Assembly (NCBI GenBank): GCA_051294375.1
Contig: CM119265.1
Span: forward strand, 25,320,297 to 25,384,296
From: Paraspadella gotoi
Taxonomy: Eukaryota > Animalia > Chaetognatha
Reading direction: 5' to 3'
Length of the DNA stretch: 64,000 nucleotides
In this document: positions 26,450-38,670 of the stretch, in pieces
Layout: every line of letters starts with the position of its first letter
Numbering within the stretch: position 1 is the stretch's first letter
The notes under the pieces: generated by a model
What the model was told of the DNA's origin: nothing
Databases searched by the model: none
The model's input: the letters and a program-made list of their open reading frames with translations, nothing else
Translations under genes and position numbers: made by a program

Positions 26450-26640
26450 GGGCGCCGAGGTGCTTAGGCGGCGCCGGAATATTCATCGTTTGTACGCAAA
26501 AGGTTTCAGGTTCAAATCTGGCCGAGGCTACTTGTTTTACAATAAGTTCTGATGTCCCGCAAAATTGGTCGTTAGAGCTAAATGGCTTAGCCGAAGGGGG
26601 AGTAGCCATATGTGGTACTCGATATCAAGACAAAAGCCTC
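26450..26640 (+). mobile_element. Possible tRNA-derived SINE (family D)
   Basis: GCCGAGGTGCTTAGGCGG..CAGGTTCAAATCTGGCCGAGGC resembles a tRNA head with A and B boxes; only one copy in the window. Confidence 0.45.
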
Positions 26641-26968
26641 TCTTTAAAATTATCATTGTGTAGCATGCAGAGTTACAGAGCTTTGCCGTGCTTGCCAGAA
26701 ATTCTAGACGGAGATGCTACTGTACAACAAATATATAAAATCAATGCCATATTATTGTATATAGATAAGCGCCATCTCGCTTGTCCATTGTATACTTGGA
26801 ACAGGGCCTTGGTGTTTAAGCAGGCTTTCATCACTCTTTCACAAGATATGATCATGAGTTTAATGTCCAACAAATGACATAACAGGTCCAGGCTCTCTCT
26901 CTCTGTGCTCTCTCTCTCGTCATGGCTCTCTCTCTGCTCTCTCTTTGCTCTCTCTTCTCTCTCTGCAG

Positions 26969-27763
26969 AATGGGCGTTGTCGGGCTCCTCCTGGACATCC
27001 AATCCCTACGAGGAGATCGACCTCCAAGCGTCGGCGTCGGCGTCGGCGAGCGACTTCGACGTCGGCGAGGATCCTTCAGTCGTCGACAGTCAACTCGACG
27101 ATCAACTCGAGACTTGCTCCACCGACGGGAGCAACGATACGAACGAGGAAGGAGGAGGAGGAGGAGCAGGAGGAGTGGGGGATTCGTTGGAAGAGGAGCA
27201 GTCGTCTCAGCGGCCGTCGTCGGTGCAGCCGTCGCTGCAGCCGTCGCAGCAGCATGAAATACTACATCAACAAAATCAACAACTCCAGCAGCATCAACAT
27301 CATCGACTTCTTAACCATCAGCGGCTTCAACATCAGAATCGAGAAGAGATACGTGCGTCGCGTCCTCAAAGCGCCGGCGCCGTCGAACCTGGCGTCAAGG
27401 GCGCCGTCGAACCCGTTTCAACTCGTCCGGACGTCGTCGTCGTCGACGTGGACGTTCACGCGGAAGCGACGACGCCGGAAAGAACCGGCTCTTTTTCCGG
27501 CGCCAATAACGGCGTCACAAACTGCGACAATAACGGCGCCGCCAACTGGGCCGCTAAAGACTACGCCGCCGACGCCGCCGACGCCGTCGCCTCGACGGCG
27601 TCGAATCAACGCCACGCCGCGGTCCGACCCAACTGCTTCGTGGAATCGTTGGACGGTGGAGGAAAAGGAGAGGAAAGTGGAGGAAATAAAAGGAAAACGA
27701 AAGAAAGAAAAGAAGGAGAGAAGAAGAAGACGGGGGAGGAGGAAGAGGAGGAAAGTCGAGAAG
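26969..27763 (+). CDS. Internal coding exon of an unidentified low-complexity/disordered protein
   Basis: Polypyrimidine tract + CAG acceptor (26968), 795-bp open frame (EWALSGSSWTSNPYEEIDLQ..), strong AAG|GTAAGT donor at 27763, symmetric phase 1, GC-rich. An earlier donor near 27655 is possible. Confidence 0.6.
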
Positions 27764-28214
27764 GTAAGTTAATTTTAGGGGGGAAAGAGGGAGAGCGAGT
27801 CATCTCTAAAGCTCAGGTCTAAGACTGAGCCTTTTTTCATATGTTCCTTTTCGATCGAGTCACGTGACGTAGAAAAGTAAGAAATTAAGATATTCAGAGA
27901 CTGGCTCCCTCTATTTCCAGAACGCAACACAAACATCCCTCTCCCCGTTCTCAAATACAAAATATACAAAATATCCAACTTTTTATATAATATACCTAGC
28001 AAATATAATCACACATTATTAAGATCACGATTATAGTAGATCATTCTTATAGTAGAAAATCTTATAAAATTGATTTTCTCTCATCACTGCTACGTAACTT
28101 AAAGTGAGAAAACTTTTCTCTTTCGAAAACTAGGAATGAGGATAAACTTCTTTATTTTATTTTTTTTTTTTCACAGAACTTAAACATAAACATGTTCCTT
28201 TTCCTTTCTTGACT

Positions 28215-28892
28215 TTAACCAAAAGTTTGGTAAGCTTCCTTCCATTGCTCTTTGGTCCAAGTTCCATTAGTTTGAAAATTATGTCCATCCACGGAATAAT
28301 CATAGGCCGCCTTCGTCTCGAACCACTTCGGTCCGTACGCCAGTTTAACGATGTCTTCGACGTTGCACGGTACGTACACTAAATATCCGTGCAAGTCGCC
28401 CGAACAGATCCGTCCTAACGGCGGATAATAGGCGATCATCTTTGTCAGGTTCTCGTCGAAAACCTGGAATCCGATCCAGGAAAAGTTTCGATGCGAGTAG
28501 ACCCAAAAAAGATCGAGGAAAGGATTGTCGTAGTTGCCCAGTTTGAACTCGAGGCTGTCCTCCTTCAAGCCAAACCGGGCGAGCAGTTTGAGAAGAGTGT
28601 GGTTTCGAAAGAAGTCGATCATCCAGTCTTCGAAGTCCTCGATCCGCTGTTCCGAGTCCATGTCGTGATCGTGCGGAATGATGGAGCATTGTCTGTACCA
28701 TCCGAGAAGCGTCCCGGAGGCGATCCAGTTTCGTTTCCCGCCACGCCGCCATAGTTTTGCGGAGAGCTCTAAGATGACGGGATGGATCATGGAGGAGATG
28801 ACATAAGAGAATGACAAGAAATGACAAAAGATGACAAGGGGAACAAGAACGATGAAACAGAGAGTCCGGATTTTAAGCCCCGGCAGCCACAA
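28215..28892 (-). CDS. FKTN-like: Fukutin-like LicD-family phosphotransferase, catalytic domain encoded without introns
   Basis: SGTLLGWYRQCSIIPHDHDMD (DxD), FGLKEDSLEF, LDLFWVY, VPCNVEDIVKLAYG and NGTWTKEQW match recalled fukutin motifs through to the C terminus; intact frame; start uncertain (TTG in the track, first ATG ~28790). Confidence 0.9.
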   Translation of the reverse strand: MWLPGLKIRTLCFIVLVPLVIFCHFLSFSYVISSMIHPVILELSAKLWRRGGKRNWIASGTLLGWYRQCSIIPHDHDMDSEQRIEDFEDWMIDFFRNHTLLKLLARFGLKEDSLEFKLGNYDNPFLDLFWVYSHRNFSWIGFQVFDENLTKMIAYYPPLGRICSGDLHGYLVYVPCNVEDIVKLAYGPKWFETKAAYDYSVDGHNFQTNGTWTKEQWKEAYQTFG

Positions 28893-29214
28893 CAGAGCTC
28901 TCTTTAAGATTCTTTACGAATTTCGGAATTGCAAACAAATGTTTTATGAATTAACAACGAAGTTTAAACCTCATTAAATTTCTATCCACCATGTGTGGCA
29001 CTAAAACAGTGACAGTGTTATTACTTTAAGAAACATTTATAATAGGCAAAGATAAAAATTTAATAAATGGTACAACGCAATACAGAAATTAATACGCTTT
29101 ACTTTAATATTGTAGTTCGGGCTTAGCAATAAGTTCACCCTGCCATAAAAGAATGACACCTTCAGTAGTGACCTCGAGTGGCTCATTGTTGTAAAGCCAT
29201 CAGCTCATGACCAC

Positions 29215-29857
29215 TACAGGCGTGTGAAAGTCTACGTACGAAAACATTCCTACAAGGTCAATTATGAACAACATACCATCAGTGAACTTTAATTTGTAAA
29301 ACAAAACTCTAATTTATCGTTTTTTAATTTTCGCAGTTAGGCTATATTCTATAACTATAGTAATATCCCTTATAAAATCGAAAAATTTCAAAAATTAGGC
29401 TTTTCTTAATTTTGATGCAGATATTGAATTCCCGTCAAAAAGTTGATGAAAGAAAATAAAAATTATGTTGAAAAATTCTTTCATTAAGTGGTTAAAAATT
29501 ACAAAAGACTATATTTAATAATATAAAGAAAGTTAATTTTCAGCTTAAATATGATTTTTTTCTTCATTTTTGACCCACTTAATTGAAGGATATTTTTAAA
29601 AAAGAGTTTATTCTTTTAATCACTTTTTATGACGAATCCAAATTCTGACAAAAATCTTAGAAACTAATTTTAAACATTTTAACAATTTATGTGGATTAGT
29701 ATCTAGTATAAATATGGCCTAACTGCGTAAATTGTAAGAAATTTTATTATAAATTTTTTTTATACATAAATGTTCATTGAGTATACAAATGTTGTTCGTT
29801 CCTCACTTTTAGAATTTTAATGTAAAGTTAAATTCAAGGAAATTTACTACGTCCTTA
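29215..29857 (+). mobile_element. hAT-type MITE (TAAGGCGTAGT TIR), copy 1
   Basis: Noisy TIRs; 8-bp TSD ATGACCAC (29207-29214; right copy exact at 37006-37013 in the duplicate); homologous to 63262-63809. Confidence 0.8.
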
Positions 29858-29885
29858 ATGACACTAGGTACTTGGCAAAATAATA

Positions 29886-30241
29886 TTTTGAAAAGGGCAT
29901 CCAGGTTAACGCCCTGCTCCTTCCTGCGTCCGCCTATCTCGTACAGCAATCTTGATGCTTTTTTGAAAAAGGGCCTCCAGGTTAAACGCCTGCTTCCTGT
30001 CTCGGTCCGCCTATCTCCGACACATATGTTATCTTTGAAAAAGGGCCCTCCAGGTTAACGGCCCTAATCTTTCCTTGTCCGCCTATCTCTGAACACGAAT
30101 GTTATCTTTGAAAAAGGGCCTCAAGGTTAACGACCTGCTCTTTCCTCGGTTCCCCCTAATTCTCGTAACACAAGTTATATTTTGAAAAAGGGCCCTCCAG
30201 GTTAACGCGCCTCCTACTCTTTTCCTCGTCCGCCTATCTCG
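29886..30241. repeat. ~70-bp tandem repeat (GAAAAAGGGCCTCCAGGTTAACGCCCTGCTC..CCGCCTATCTCG), 5 copies
   Basis: Direct inspection; the duplicate at 37035-37301 has 4 copies. Confidence 0.85.
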
Positions 30242-30909
30242 GTATACTGGGTCAACTCCAAACTTCAGTAAAACGTATCGCGCTGCGGGGAAGCGCGAGG
30301 AACAGGCCGTAAGCAGCCCTTGGGACGTGAAAAACCCTCAAGCCTCGGTCCAAGCCGCAGGACGCGTTCCAATGACTGCATCTGATAGTATGAATTCAAT
30401 ATTAGTATATAGTATTAGTTATATAACAGTATTATAAGAAAGTTGTATACGTATTTCGAGATATATACTGTCGGTAATATTTAAATAGCCTCCATTAATT
30501 ATTTAATATTTCTCTCTTTTTCAAATTTTGTCTCTCTATCTTGTTCTTAAAGTTCCAAAGTTAATATTTCTAGAATCAAGAACTCGGCGTCTATATTTTA
30601 TAAACAGTTTTAACCAGTAGGAAATAAACAAAGGAAGAGAGAACGAGAGGGTGGCCGGGAATATAAATTGTCTAGAAACTCTGTAGAATTAACATCCTTT
30701 TTATTTTTCCCCGAATTTGTTGCCATCGAGAATCGACTCGGTCAATCGAACGATATTTCGGTAACTTTCGAATATACAAGATAGTCAATTACGGCATAAA
30801 CCAAGCTCCCGAATTAGCTCTTCGAGGGTCAAAGGTCACGTTTAGCGACAAAAACGAAAGGTGAGGCGAACTTTACCACCGGGTCCTTCTCTCTCTCTCT
30901 CTCTCGTCG

Positions 30910-30963
<54 letters not shown>

Positions 30964-31000
30964 GCCTCTCTCTCGTCATCTTCTCCCTCTCTCTCTCTCG

Positions 31001-31049
<49 letters not shown>

Positions 31050-31149
31050 CCTCTCTTCTCTCTCTCTCTCTCTCCAAACTCACCTACGATTCAATCTCAG
31101 TCGAGATTCGATTCTCCTTTCCATTTTCTTTCCATTCAAGCGTCGTCCT

Positions 31150-31760
31150 CATCTCGCTCTTTCACCTGAAGCCTCGTTTTCTCTCGCGTCGCAGCGATAG
31201 AACTTCCCAGCCTCCGCCTCCCACCAGGAACTTCTCCGCGTTCGCTTGGCGCGCAGAACGTCTCGTCAAATCTCCCAACACGAAAACGGGGGCCCGCGTC
31301 CTCGAAGGGCGGAAAAGGCCATGCGCGCCCCTGGCGACGCAGGTCATCAGAAGTAGCCTCGTTTTCCCTCCGTCCCGGTTGCGTCTCTTCGAAAACAGAC
31401 GGGAGTACGTTGAGGGAATTTTCGGGTTCCGAGAAAACCGAATTTCTGAACGACCGGAGTCTCGACGTCGCCGCACAACGCCCTTCGCGTCCGAGGAGGG
31501 ACCGTTCCGGGGTCCGAACCCTTCTTCGAGCGAGACGATGTTCTCGCAGTGTCGCGAGGCGCGATCTTCGAGACCCCCCGAAATGAGCTCAAGTTTGAAC
31601 GAGCGACTCCCGACGAGAACGCGGCGGTCGAAAATCCGACAAACCCACAAAGGGACCAGATCTCCTCGGCGGAGCAGGAGCAACTCCACGTTTCTCGCGC
31701 ATGCGACCGCAGGAAAGCGGACCAGATTGGGGGAAACCGGTCGCTTCTGGGACGGGGGTC
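31150..31760 (+). CDS. Probable GC-rich coding exon, frameshifted by sequencing errors; duplicate at ~38060-38670
   Basis: GC-rich island after a (CT)n tract; the duplicate reads ..SELSFDDDVLQCRDAIFEDPQMSQVDERLRRETRRRIRQADQILAEQEQLHVFL..; boundaries uncertain. Confidence 0.5.
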
Positions 31761-34648
31761 GGCGCTGGTTTTTGAGGGGGAGGGAAGAATGTAGAAAATT
31801 GTGAACAGAAGTCGAATTAAAACAAAAATTCACGATCAATCTATTTCATTCATGTATAATCAATTTAACAAAACAATTTATTCGATTTAATCAATTCATT
31901 ATTCTAAAACGGATCAAGTGCAAAATACTGCTATAAAATCAGCTGTCAGAGTTAGAATATAGATCTATCTGATATCTATTCTTTATCGTATCATATCTAT
32001 CTATCTATCTATCTTCTATCTATCTATGACTCTATATATCATACTCTATCTATTATCTATATAAAATTCGTATCCAACATATCATATAAAATGATCAATA
32101 TATCTATATATATATAAAAATAAATCTATCTATCAATCAATATAAATCAATCTATCTATCTATCTTATCTATCTATCCTCCCTTGACTTGTCTCGTCGTG
32201 TTCCAACTCTTAATTCTGCCTTGCCTCGATCTGTGACCGCAAAGACGCCGGGCTTGTGGGAAATGCCCCGTACCGGGGATGATGATGATGATGATGTTGA
32301 AGATGAATGAGCATGCGATAGAAGAGAAAGTACGAGGATTTCCGGAAAGAAGGTGATATCGTTGGGCCGGTGGCGAGACTTGTCGTTTGGCTCCGCTGGA
32401 CGAGATCTGGGGGAATATTTCATGGGTGAAGAGATGGAAGCAGCATTTTTTGACATTCCTTTTATCATTAAGATATATCTTCCTAAGAATTAAAAATGAA
32501 CATAATTTTATTTATTATTTATTATTACTAATTATGTATTACATTATTATCAAAATTTAAATAACCCCTCGCGAACCTATCCATCTATTCATTGCTTTAA
32601 AGTTGGGTTAAAAAATTTTATACAAAGCAGCGAGAAGGAACAAGGGGATTTCTTTGTGTTGAATGCACGAAGGCGCAAGTGTGGACAAAGAATTAGTTTA
32701 TGGAGTTGAGGAAAGGGTTGCTCATTAGGAAAGTAAATTTCTTTCTCGCTCGACGGGAATGAAAGAGACGGAGACAGTTTTACATTTTCCGGTGTCTTTA
32801 TCGTGTGGAAAATACTCAATCCTTTTCCAAAATAAATTTTTCGTGCGTGGCGGTAAAAAAACTTATTCGAACACTGTTGTCCAGCTATTGTTCAACGGAC
32901 CCAACAAAATAGAGCGTAGAATTTTGGTGTGAGTTAAGCTAACGCACAAGCTGAATCAATGTTAAGATCATGCCAGAAATAATAGAATAGATAACAGTTT
33001 GGATGAAAAGATGAAACTTAACAAAAAAGATGGCTTTTTTGACTATTCCGCTAAAACAATCTTATAATTTTCATTGAGAAGCAAACAAAACCAAAAACTG
33101 TTGGGCCCTTTTTCCCTTTAATGTAAAAGTTGCGCAACTTTTTTGTTTGCAAAGAACTGACAGGTAGACACATTTAAAAGCTTGTATTTCTAACCTTTTG
33201 TTTTTAGTTTTTCTTGACTGATCTCTTTGTAGGCCGGTGCGTCGTGGCGGGAGTTTGTTTGTTTTTTGGTTTCGGCTGCTTCGTCACTGGATTACAGCGA
33301 ACGCGGTGGATTTCTGGTGAACTTTTGTTTCTTCAATCTTCTTCGGGTGAACATAGAGAGAAAGCAATGATCTTTTGTGATTCGAACGGATTTGATTTCA
33401 TCAGAAACACAATTGCAATGTGTCAGGGGGGGAAGGTTGGGGACCTGGGGGTGAGAGGAAAAGTGCGGGCGGTGGGATGGGGGAGGTGGGGGTGCGTGTG
33501 GAGGAGAGGATGTGGGATGAGTGGCAGATACGGGTAGGTGGGAGAAATTGATTGGAATTAGGATGGGAGAAAAGAGTTTTGGAATAAATGTTGGATTGCA
33601 GCAGATGGAATTTATAAGAGCGCATGAACTGAAGTATGAGAGTATGAAGATGGAATGCATTAAGAATAATGATGACATGATGACATGAAATGAAATGAGA
33701 ATGAATGAAGTAAATGAAAATGAATGAATGACTGAATGAACTGAAGTAATGAGAAGGCGAAGGAAAACGATTAACTCACCGGACGGAACGATCTGGATCG
33801 CTGGAACCCAAATCCTTACGCCACCGGAAAACCCGAAGGTGAGGGTTCATGACGCACAACGGAATCGAGAATTATTACACGCATTGATACACATGAATTA
33901 GAAGGATTTATAACGGTTTGGACAGAGTAGGAAAAGATAACAATGATAAAGATTAGATGACTACGACTGAAAACGATGACACGAGCAAGAACATGAGAAG
34001 ACCAACTTCTCTTCTCTATCTCGCTCCTCTCCACTCTCTGCACTCTTCTCCTCCTTCTCTCATCCCGTCCCACATGCTCCTCTCCTTCTCTCTCTCTCTC
34101 TCTGTCTGCTGGGGTCTCTGTCTCTTCTCTCTCCTTTCGCCCATTTAATCCGCATTTTTTCGTTCGGGTCTCAAACGAATTCGTTACTGTTCTAATTAAA
34201 CGGCCTTCGCTGCCTCGGTGCTTCATTCCTCCTTTTTTCCTTTTTTTGTTTTTCTTTTCTAATTCATTTCCTGTTTTCCTTTTCTATTCTCATGTCCTTT
34301 TTCTTTTTTTCAATTCCATTCCTTTCCCTTTATTCTCATTCCTGCTTCTTTTTTGGCTTGTTTTTTTTTTTCATTGTTCCTTTCTTTTTTCTTGTTAAAT
34401 TTTTTTTTCTTTTTACTTTTTCTTCATTTCTTTTTTCCACCCGTACAAACAACTAAGAAAATTTCTTCTTTCTTTTTTTTTTTTTTTTTTCTTCTTTTGT
34501 TCCTCTCTTTTTTTCTTTTTTTATTTTAGCTGTTATTTTCCTCAATATTATGTCGTGCTCACTATCCTTCATGTGTTTCTTGTGTCTTATTTTTACTTGA
34601 AATATATATATTTTATCACAGATCACCCTTTTCTCCTCTTATTATATT

Positions 34649-35372
34649 TAAGGGCGTTCAGTGAAAAACTGCTACATGACCAGAAAAAGTTATAATTATA
34701 TCGAAAATTCTAGAAGCAAGTTATGCAACAACTATACCATCAGTGAACCATTAAAATTTGCTAAAAAAAATTAATTTTTTGTTTTTTTTAATTTCGAGTA
34801 GGCTATATTTATATTATAGTACTATCATTATACAGATCGGAAAAATTTCAAAAGGCCGTTCTTCTTAATTTTGTGATTGCAGATTTGAAATCTCCTCTGC
34901 GTCAAAAGTGATAACAAAGAAAATAAATCATTCTTAAAAATTCTTTCATTAATTGGGGTTAAAATTAAAAAAAAAACTACTATTTAATAATAAAAAAGTT
35001 AATTTTTTCCAGCTAAAAATAATAGCTTTTGTCTAATTTTTTTTGACCCACTTATAATGAGGAATTTTTCAAAAAGAGTTTATAATTCTTTTTATCAAAA
35101 CTTTTATGACGAACTACAGAAATCTGCAAGAAATTATCTTTATGAAAAAACCTGTCTTTGAAAATTTTCAAAATTTTATTGCGTGTTAGTAACTAAAGTA
35201 TAATATGCTACTGCGTAATATCATTGAAAAAATTTAATTTTATATATAAAATTTTTTTAATTACATAAATGTAAAAAAATTACAGTATGAATGTTGTGTC
35301 ATGCATAGGATTCCTTCACTTTTTAGAATTTTAATCTATAAAGTTAACTTTAGAAATTTACTAAGAGCCTTA
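34649..35372 (+). mobile_element. hAT-type MITE, copy 2 (absent from the duplicate)
   Basis: Same family as 29215-29857 with a TTATATAT-like target; empty site at ~41417-41425. Confidence 0.8.
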
Positions 35373-36608
35373 TTATATATATTTTTGTTTTCCTTCCTTC
35401 TTCTAAACTTTCTTCTTCTCTTCCTACCTCACTCAGCAAGAAAACTCATTTCTCATCTTAAACTCCTTTTTCTAAATGAAAAATCTGCTTGGCAACAAAG
35501 CCCGATGAGAACAAATGATGTAAACGAGATACACTACTTTGTAAATATTTTTTTTTTAACATCCGGTTTCATCTTTACGGATCTTATTTTCCGTTCGTGT
35601 TTAGCGTTTAGTTTTGTCTTCGTATTTATAAATCGTTTACTTTTCAATCTATGGAACACTTTAACTTTATCGATTATCATATTTAGTAACATGTAAATCC
35701 AATCAATATAATTACGTTTGCTTCTGAAATTTTGGTTTACGAATAAGGAGAAAACAATCACATAACTATAATTCACATTCATCTGACATTAGCATCGCCA
35801 TGAAGAAACCAAACAATGAAACATCCATGAAGTGGTCACTTATTATATTAATAAGTACCTCAAAATTAGACATATTAATGTGTGTATTTGTCCATACAAA
35901 GTTTTGGAATTGGAAGGATACAAGACCTTGTCTCAGAATATTCAACAGAATTCAACATAACAGACGACAACAAACAACGAACAACTGCTGCTGAGTAACG
36001 ACGGTGACGCGCAATTCGAACTAATCGGACAATGACGACGGAATATACGCGTGCACAGAAAAATCCTTGCAGTTTAAAAAACTTTAAGCCCGTTAGAACT
36101 GCGCACTTTGGGGCGGTAATACCTTTGGCCCGTTTGCCGTAAACGACGTTCAACCAAACCTTTTCAAACGTCAGAATCCAAATAATGCGTCGATCCCGAC
36201 TTTGGTCCTCGTTTCTCTGCCGTCCATTATTAAATTTTTAAAGCGGCCTGAATTTTGGGTTTCGGTCTGTGTTGAAGGTAATAAAAAGAGAGGCCCGACA
36301 GAGAGAGAGAGGAGACGAGAGAGAGAGAGAGAGAGGAGAGAGAGAGGAGAGAGAGAGCAAGCAGAGAGAGTAGGAGAGAGAGAGGCGCGATCCCAGATAG
36401 CCCGTCCACATTTCACTCATACGATCGTTTTCGGCCAGAAGTTTCCTGTGGCCAGTTCCGGATCCGTATCGTCCGTTACGACCGCCAACCGGTCCCTTGG
36501 CAACGACAGTAACCCATTGATCAATGTTTAACGCAACATCAGCGCCAACGTTTACGGGAGAGAGAAAGAGAGCTAGGGATGAGAAGCGAAGGAGAGAGAG
36601 AGGAGAAG

Positions 36609-36644
<36 letters not shown>

Positions 36645-38059
36645 AGCGGAGGCTCGTTGCATAAAATAATTACTAGAATTAGAATGAAAAGCGCGGTCTA
36701 CCGACGGGAATCGGAAATAGGAAGAGGGAGAGAGAGAGAGAGAGAGGAAAAGAGAAAATTTTCCCTTTCTGGGTTTTTTTCCGCTCCCAACTCTGAGAAG
36801 AAGAACATATTCCCATGTAGAATCCGGATGGATGGGAGAAAAATTCCTTGATTTACCTTTAACTTTGAGGTCCTTAAACTTAATCCATCCCTTTCCGGAT
36901 TTTTTTTTTTCATTTGAATCAGAAGAAACTTGATTCGATGATGCGAGTGGNNNNNNNNNNNNNNNNNNNNNNNNNAGTTAAATTTAGAAATTTTACTACG
37001 CCTTAATGACCACTAGGTACTGCAAAATTATATTTTGAAAAAGGGCTTCCAGGTTAACGCCCTGCTCCTTCCTCGGTCCGCCTATCTCGTACACAATGTT
37101 ATCTTTTGAAAAAGGGCCTCCAGGTTAACGCCCTGCTCCTTCCTCGGTCCGCCTATCTCGAACACAATGTTATCTTTTGAAAAAGGGCCTCAAGGTTAAC
37201 GCCCTGCTCTTTCCTCGGTCCCCCTATCTCGTACACAATGTTATATTTTGAAAAAGGGCCTCCAGGTTAACGCCCTACTCTTTCCTCGGTCCGCCTATCT
37301 CGTATACGGGTTCAATCCAAACTCAGTACCTATCCTGCGGGAAGCGCGAGGACGGCCGTAAGCCGCCTTGGGGACGTGAAAAACCCTCAAGCCTGGTTCC
37401 AAGCCCAGGACCCGTTCCATGACTGCATTGATAGTAATGAATTAATATTAGTATTATTATTAGTATTAATAACAGTTTTAAAGAAGTTGTATACTATTTC
37501 AAAAGCGTGAACTTACGAAACTGTCGGTAATATTTTAAATAGCCTCCAATTAATTAATTAATTAGTTTCTCTTTTTCAAATTTTGTCTCTCTAATTTTCT
37601 AAAGTTCCAAAGTTTAATATTTCTAGAATCAAGAACTCGGCGTCTATATTTTATAAACATTTTAACAGTAGAATAAACAAAGGAAGAGAGACGAGAGGGT
37701 GGCCGGGAATATAAATNNNNNNNNNNNNNNNNNNNNNNNNNNNNNNNNNNNNNNNNNNNNNNNNNNNNNNNNNNNNNNNNNNNNNNNNNNNNNNNNNNNN
37801 NNNNNNNNNNNNNNNNNNNNNNNNNNNNNNNNNNNNNNNNNNNNNNNNNNNNNNNNNNNNNNNNNNNNNNNNNNNNNNNNNNNNNNNNNNNNNNNNNNNN
37901 NNNNNNNNNNNNNNNNNNNNNNNNNNNNNNNNNNNNNNNNNNNNNNNNNNNNNNNNNNNNNNNNNNNNNNNNNNNNNNNNNNNNNNNNNNNNNNNNNNNN
38001 NNNNNNNNNNNNNNNNNNNNNNNNNNNNNNNNNNNNNNAATCTCATCGAGGATTCGATT

Positions 38060-38670
38060 CTCCTTCCATTTTTCTTCCAATTCAACGTCGTCCTCATCTC
38101 GCTCTTCCTCCTGAAAGCCTCGTTTCTCTCCGCGTCGCAAGCGATAAACTCTCCAGCCTCCGCCTCCCACAGGAACTTCTCCGCGTTCGCTGGCGCGCGG
38201 AACGTCTCGTCAAAGTCTCCAACGACGACGGGGCGCGTCTCGAAGGGCGGAAAGGCCATGGCGACGCCTCTGGGCGACCAGGGCATCCAGAAGTAGCCCT
38301 CGTTTTCCTCGTCCGGGTTGCGTCTCTCGAAAACGACGGAGACGTTGATGGAATTTCGGGTTCCGAAGAAAAACGCGAATCCTTGAACGACCGGAGTCTC
38401 GACGTCGCCCACCAACGCCCTCGCGTCGAGGAGGGACCCGTTTCCGGGTCCGAACTCTCCTTCGACGACGATGTTCTCCAGTGTCGCGACGCGATCTTCG
38501 AAGACCCCCAAATGAGTCAAGTTGACGAGCGACTCCGACGAGAGACGCGGCGTCGAATCCGACAAGCGGACCAGATCCTCGCGGAGCAGGAGCAACTCCA
38601 CGTTTTCCTCGGCGCAGCGACGCAGGAAACGGAGCCAGATTGGGGGAACCGTCGCTTCGGTGACGGGGGT
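38060..38670 (+). CDS. Probable coding exon (cleaner duplicate of 31150-31760)
   Basis: Long open frame with acidic and helical/coiled-coil-like segments; no family recognised. Confidence 0.5.

Larger units (their letters stand above)
29110..30381 (+). mobile_element. Repeat family A copy interrupted by a hAT MITE and a 70-bp tandem array
   Basis: Removing the inserts restores GTGGCTCATTGTTG..CTCATGACCACTAGGTA..GGGTTCAATCC (A box, CAT loop, B box; clearest in the duplicate at 37006-37320), as in the uninterrupted copy at ~42489-42675. Confidence 0.65.
29825..36950 (+). repeat. Tandem segmental duplicate, copy 1 (pairs with 36976-42447)
   Basis: Collinear similarity along the whole length; differences are mainly small indels; the copies are separated by a 25-N gap. 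Confidence 0.9.

Noticed and set aside
28345-28827. Overlapping alternative ORFs on the fukutin-like gene, and around 26922-27803 and 31162-31839
   Set aside because: Shadow frames of GC-rich coding sequence.
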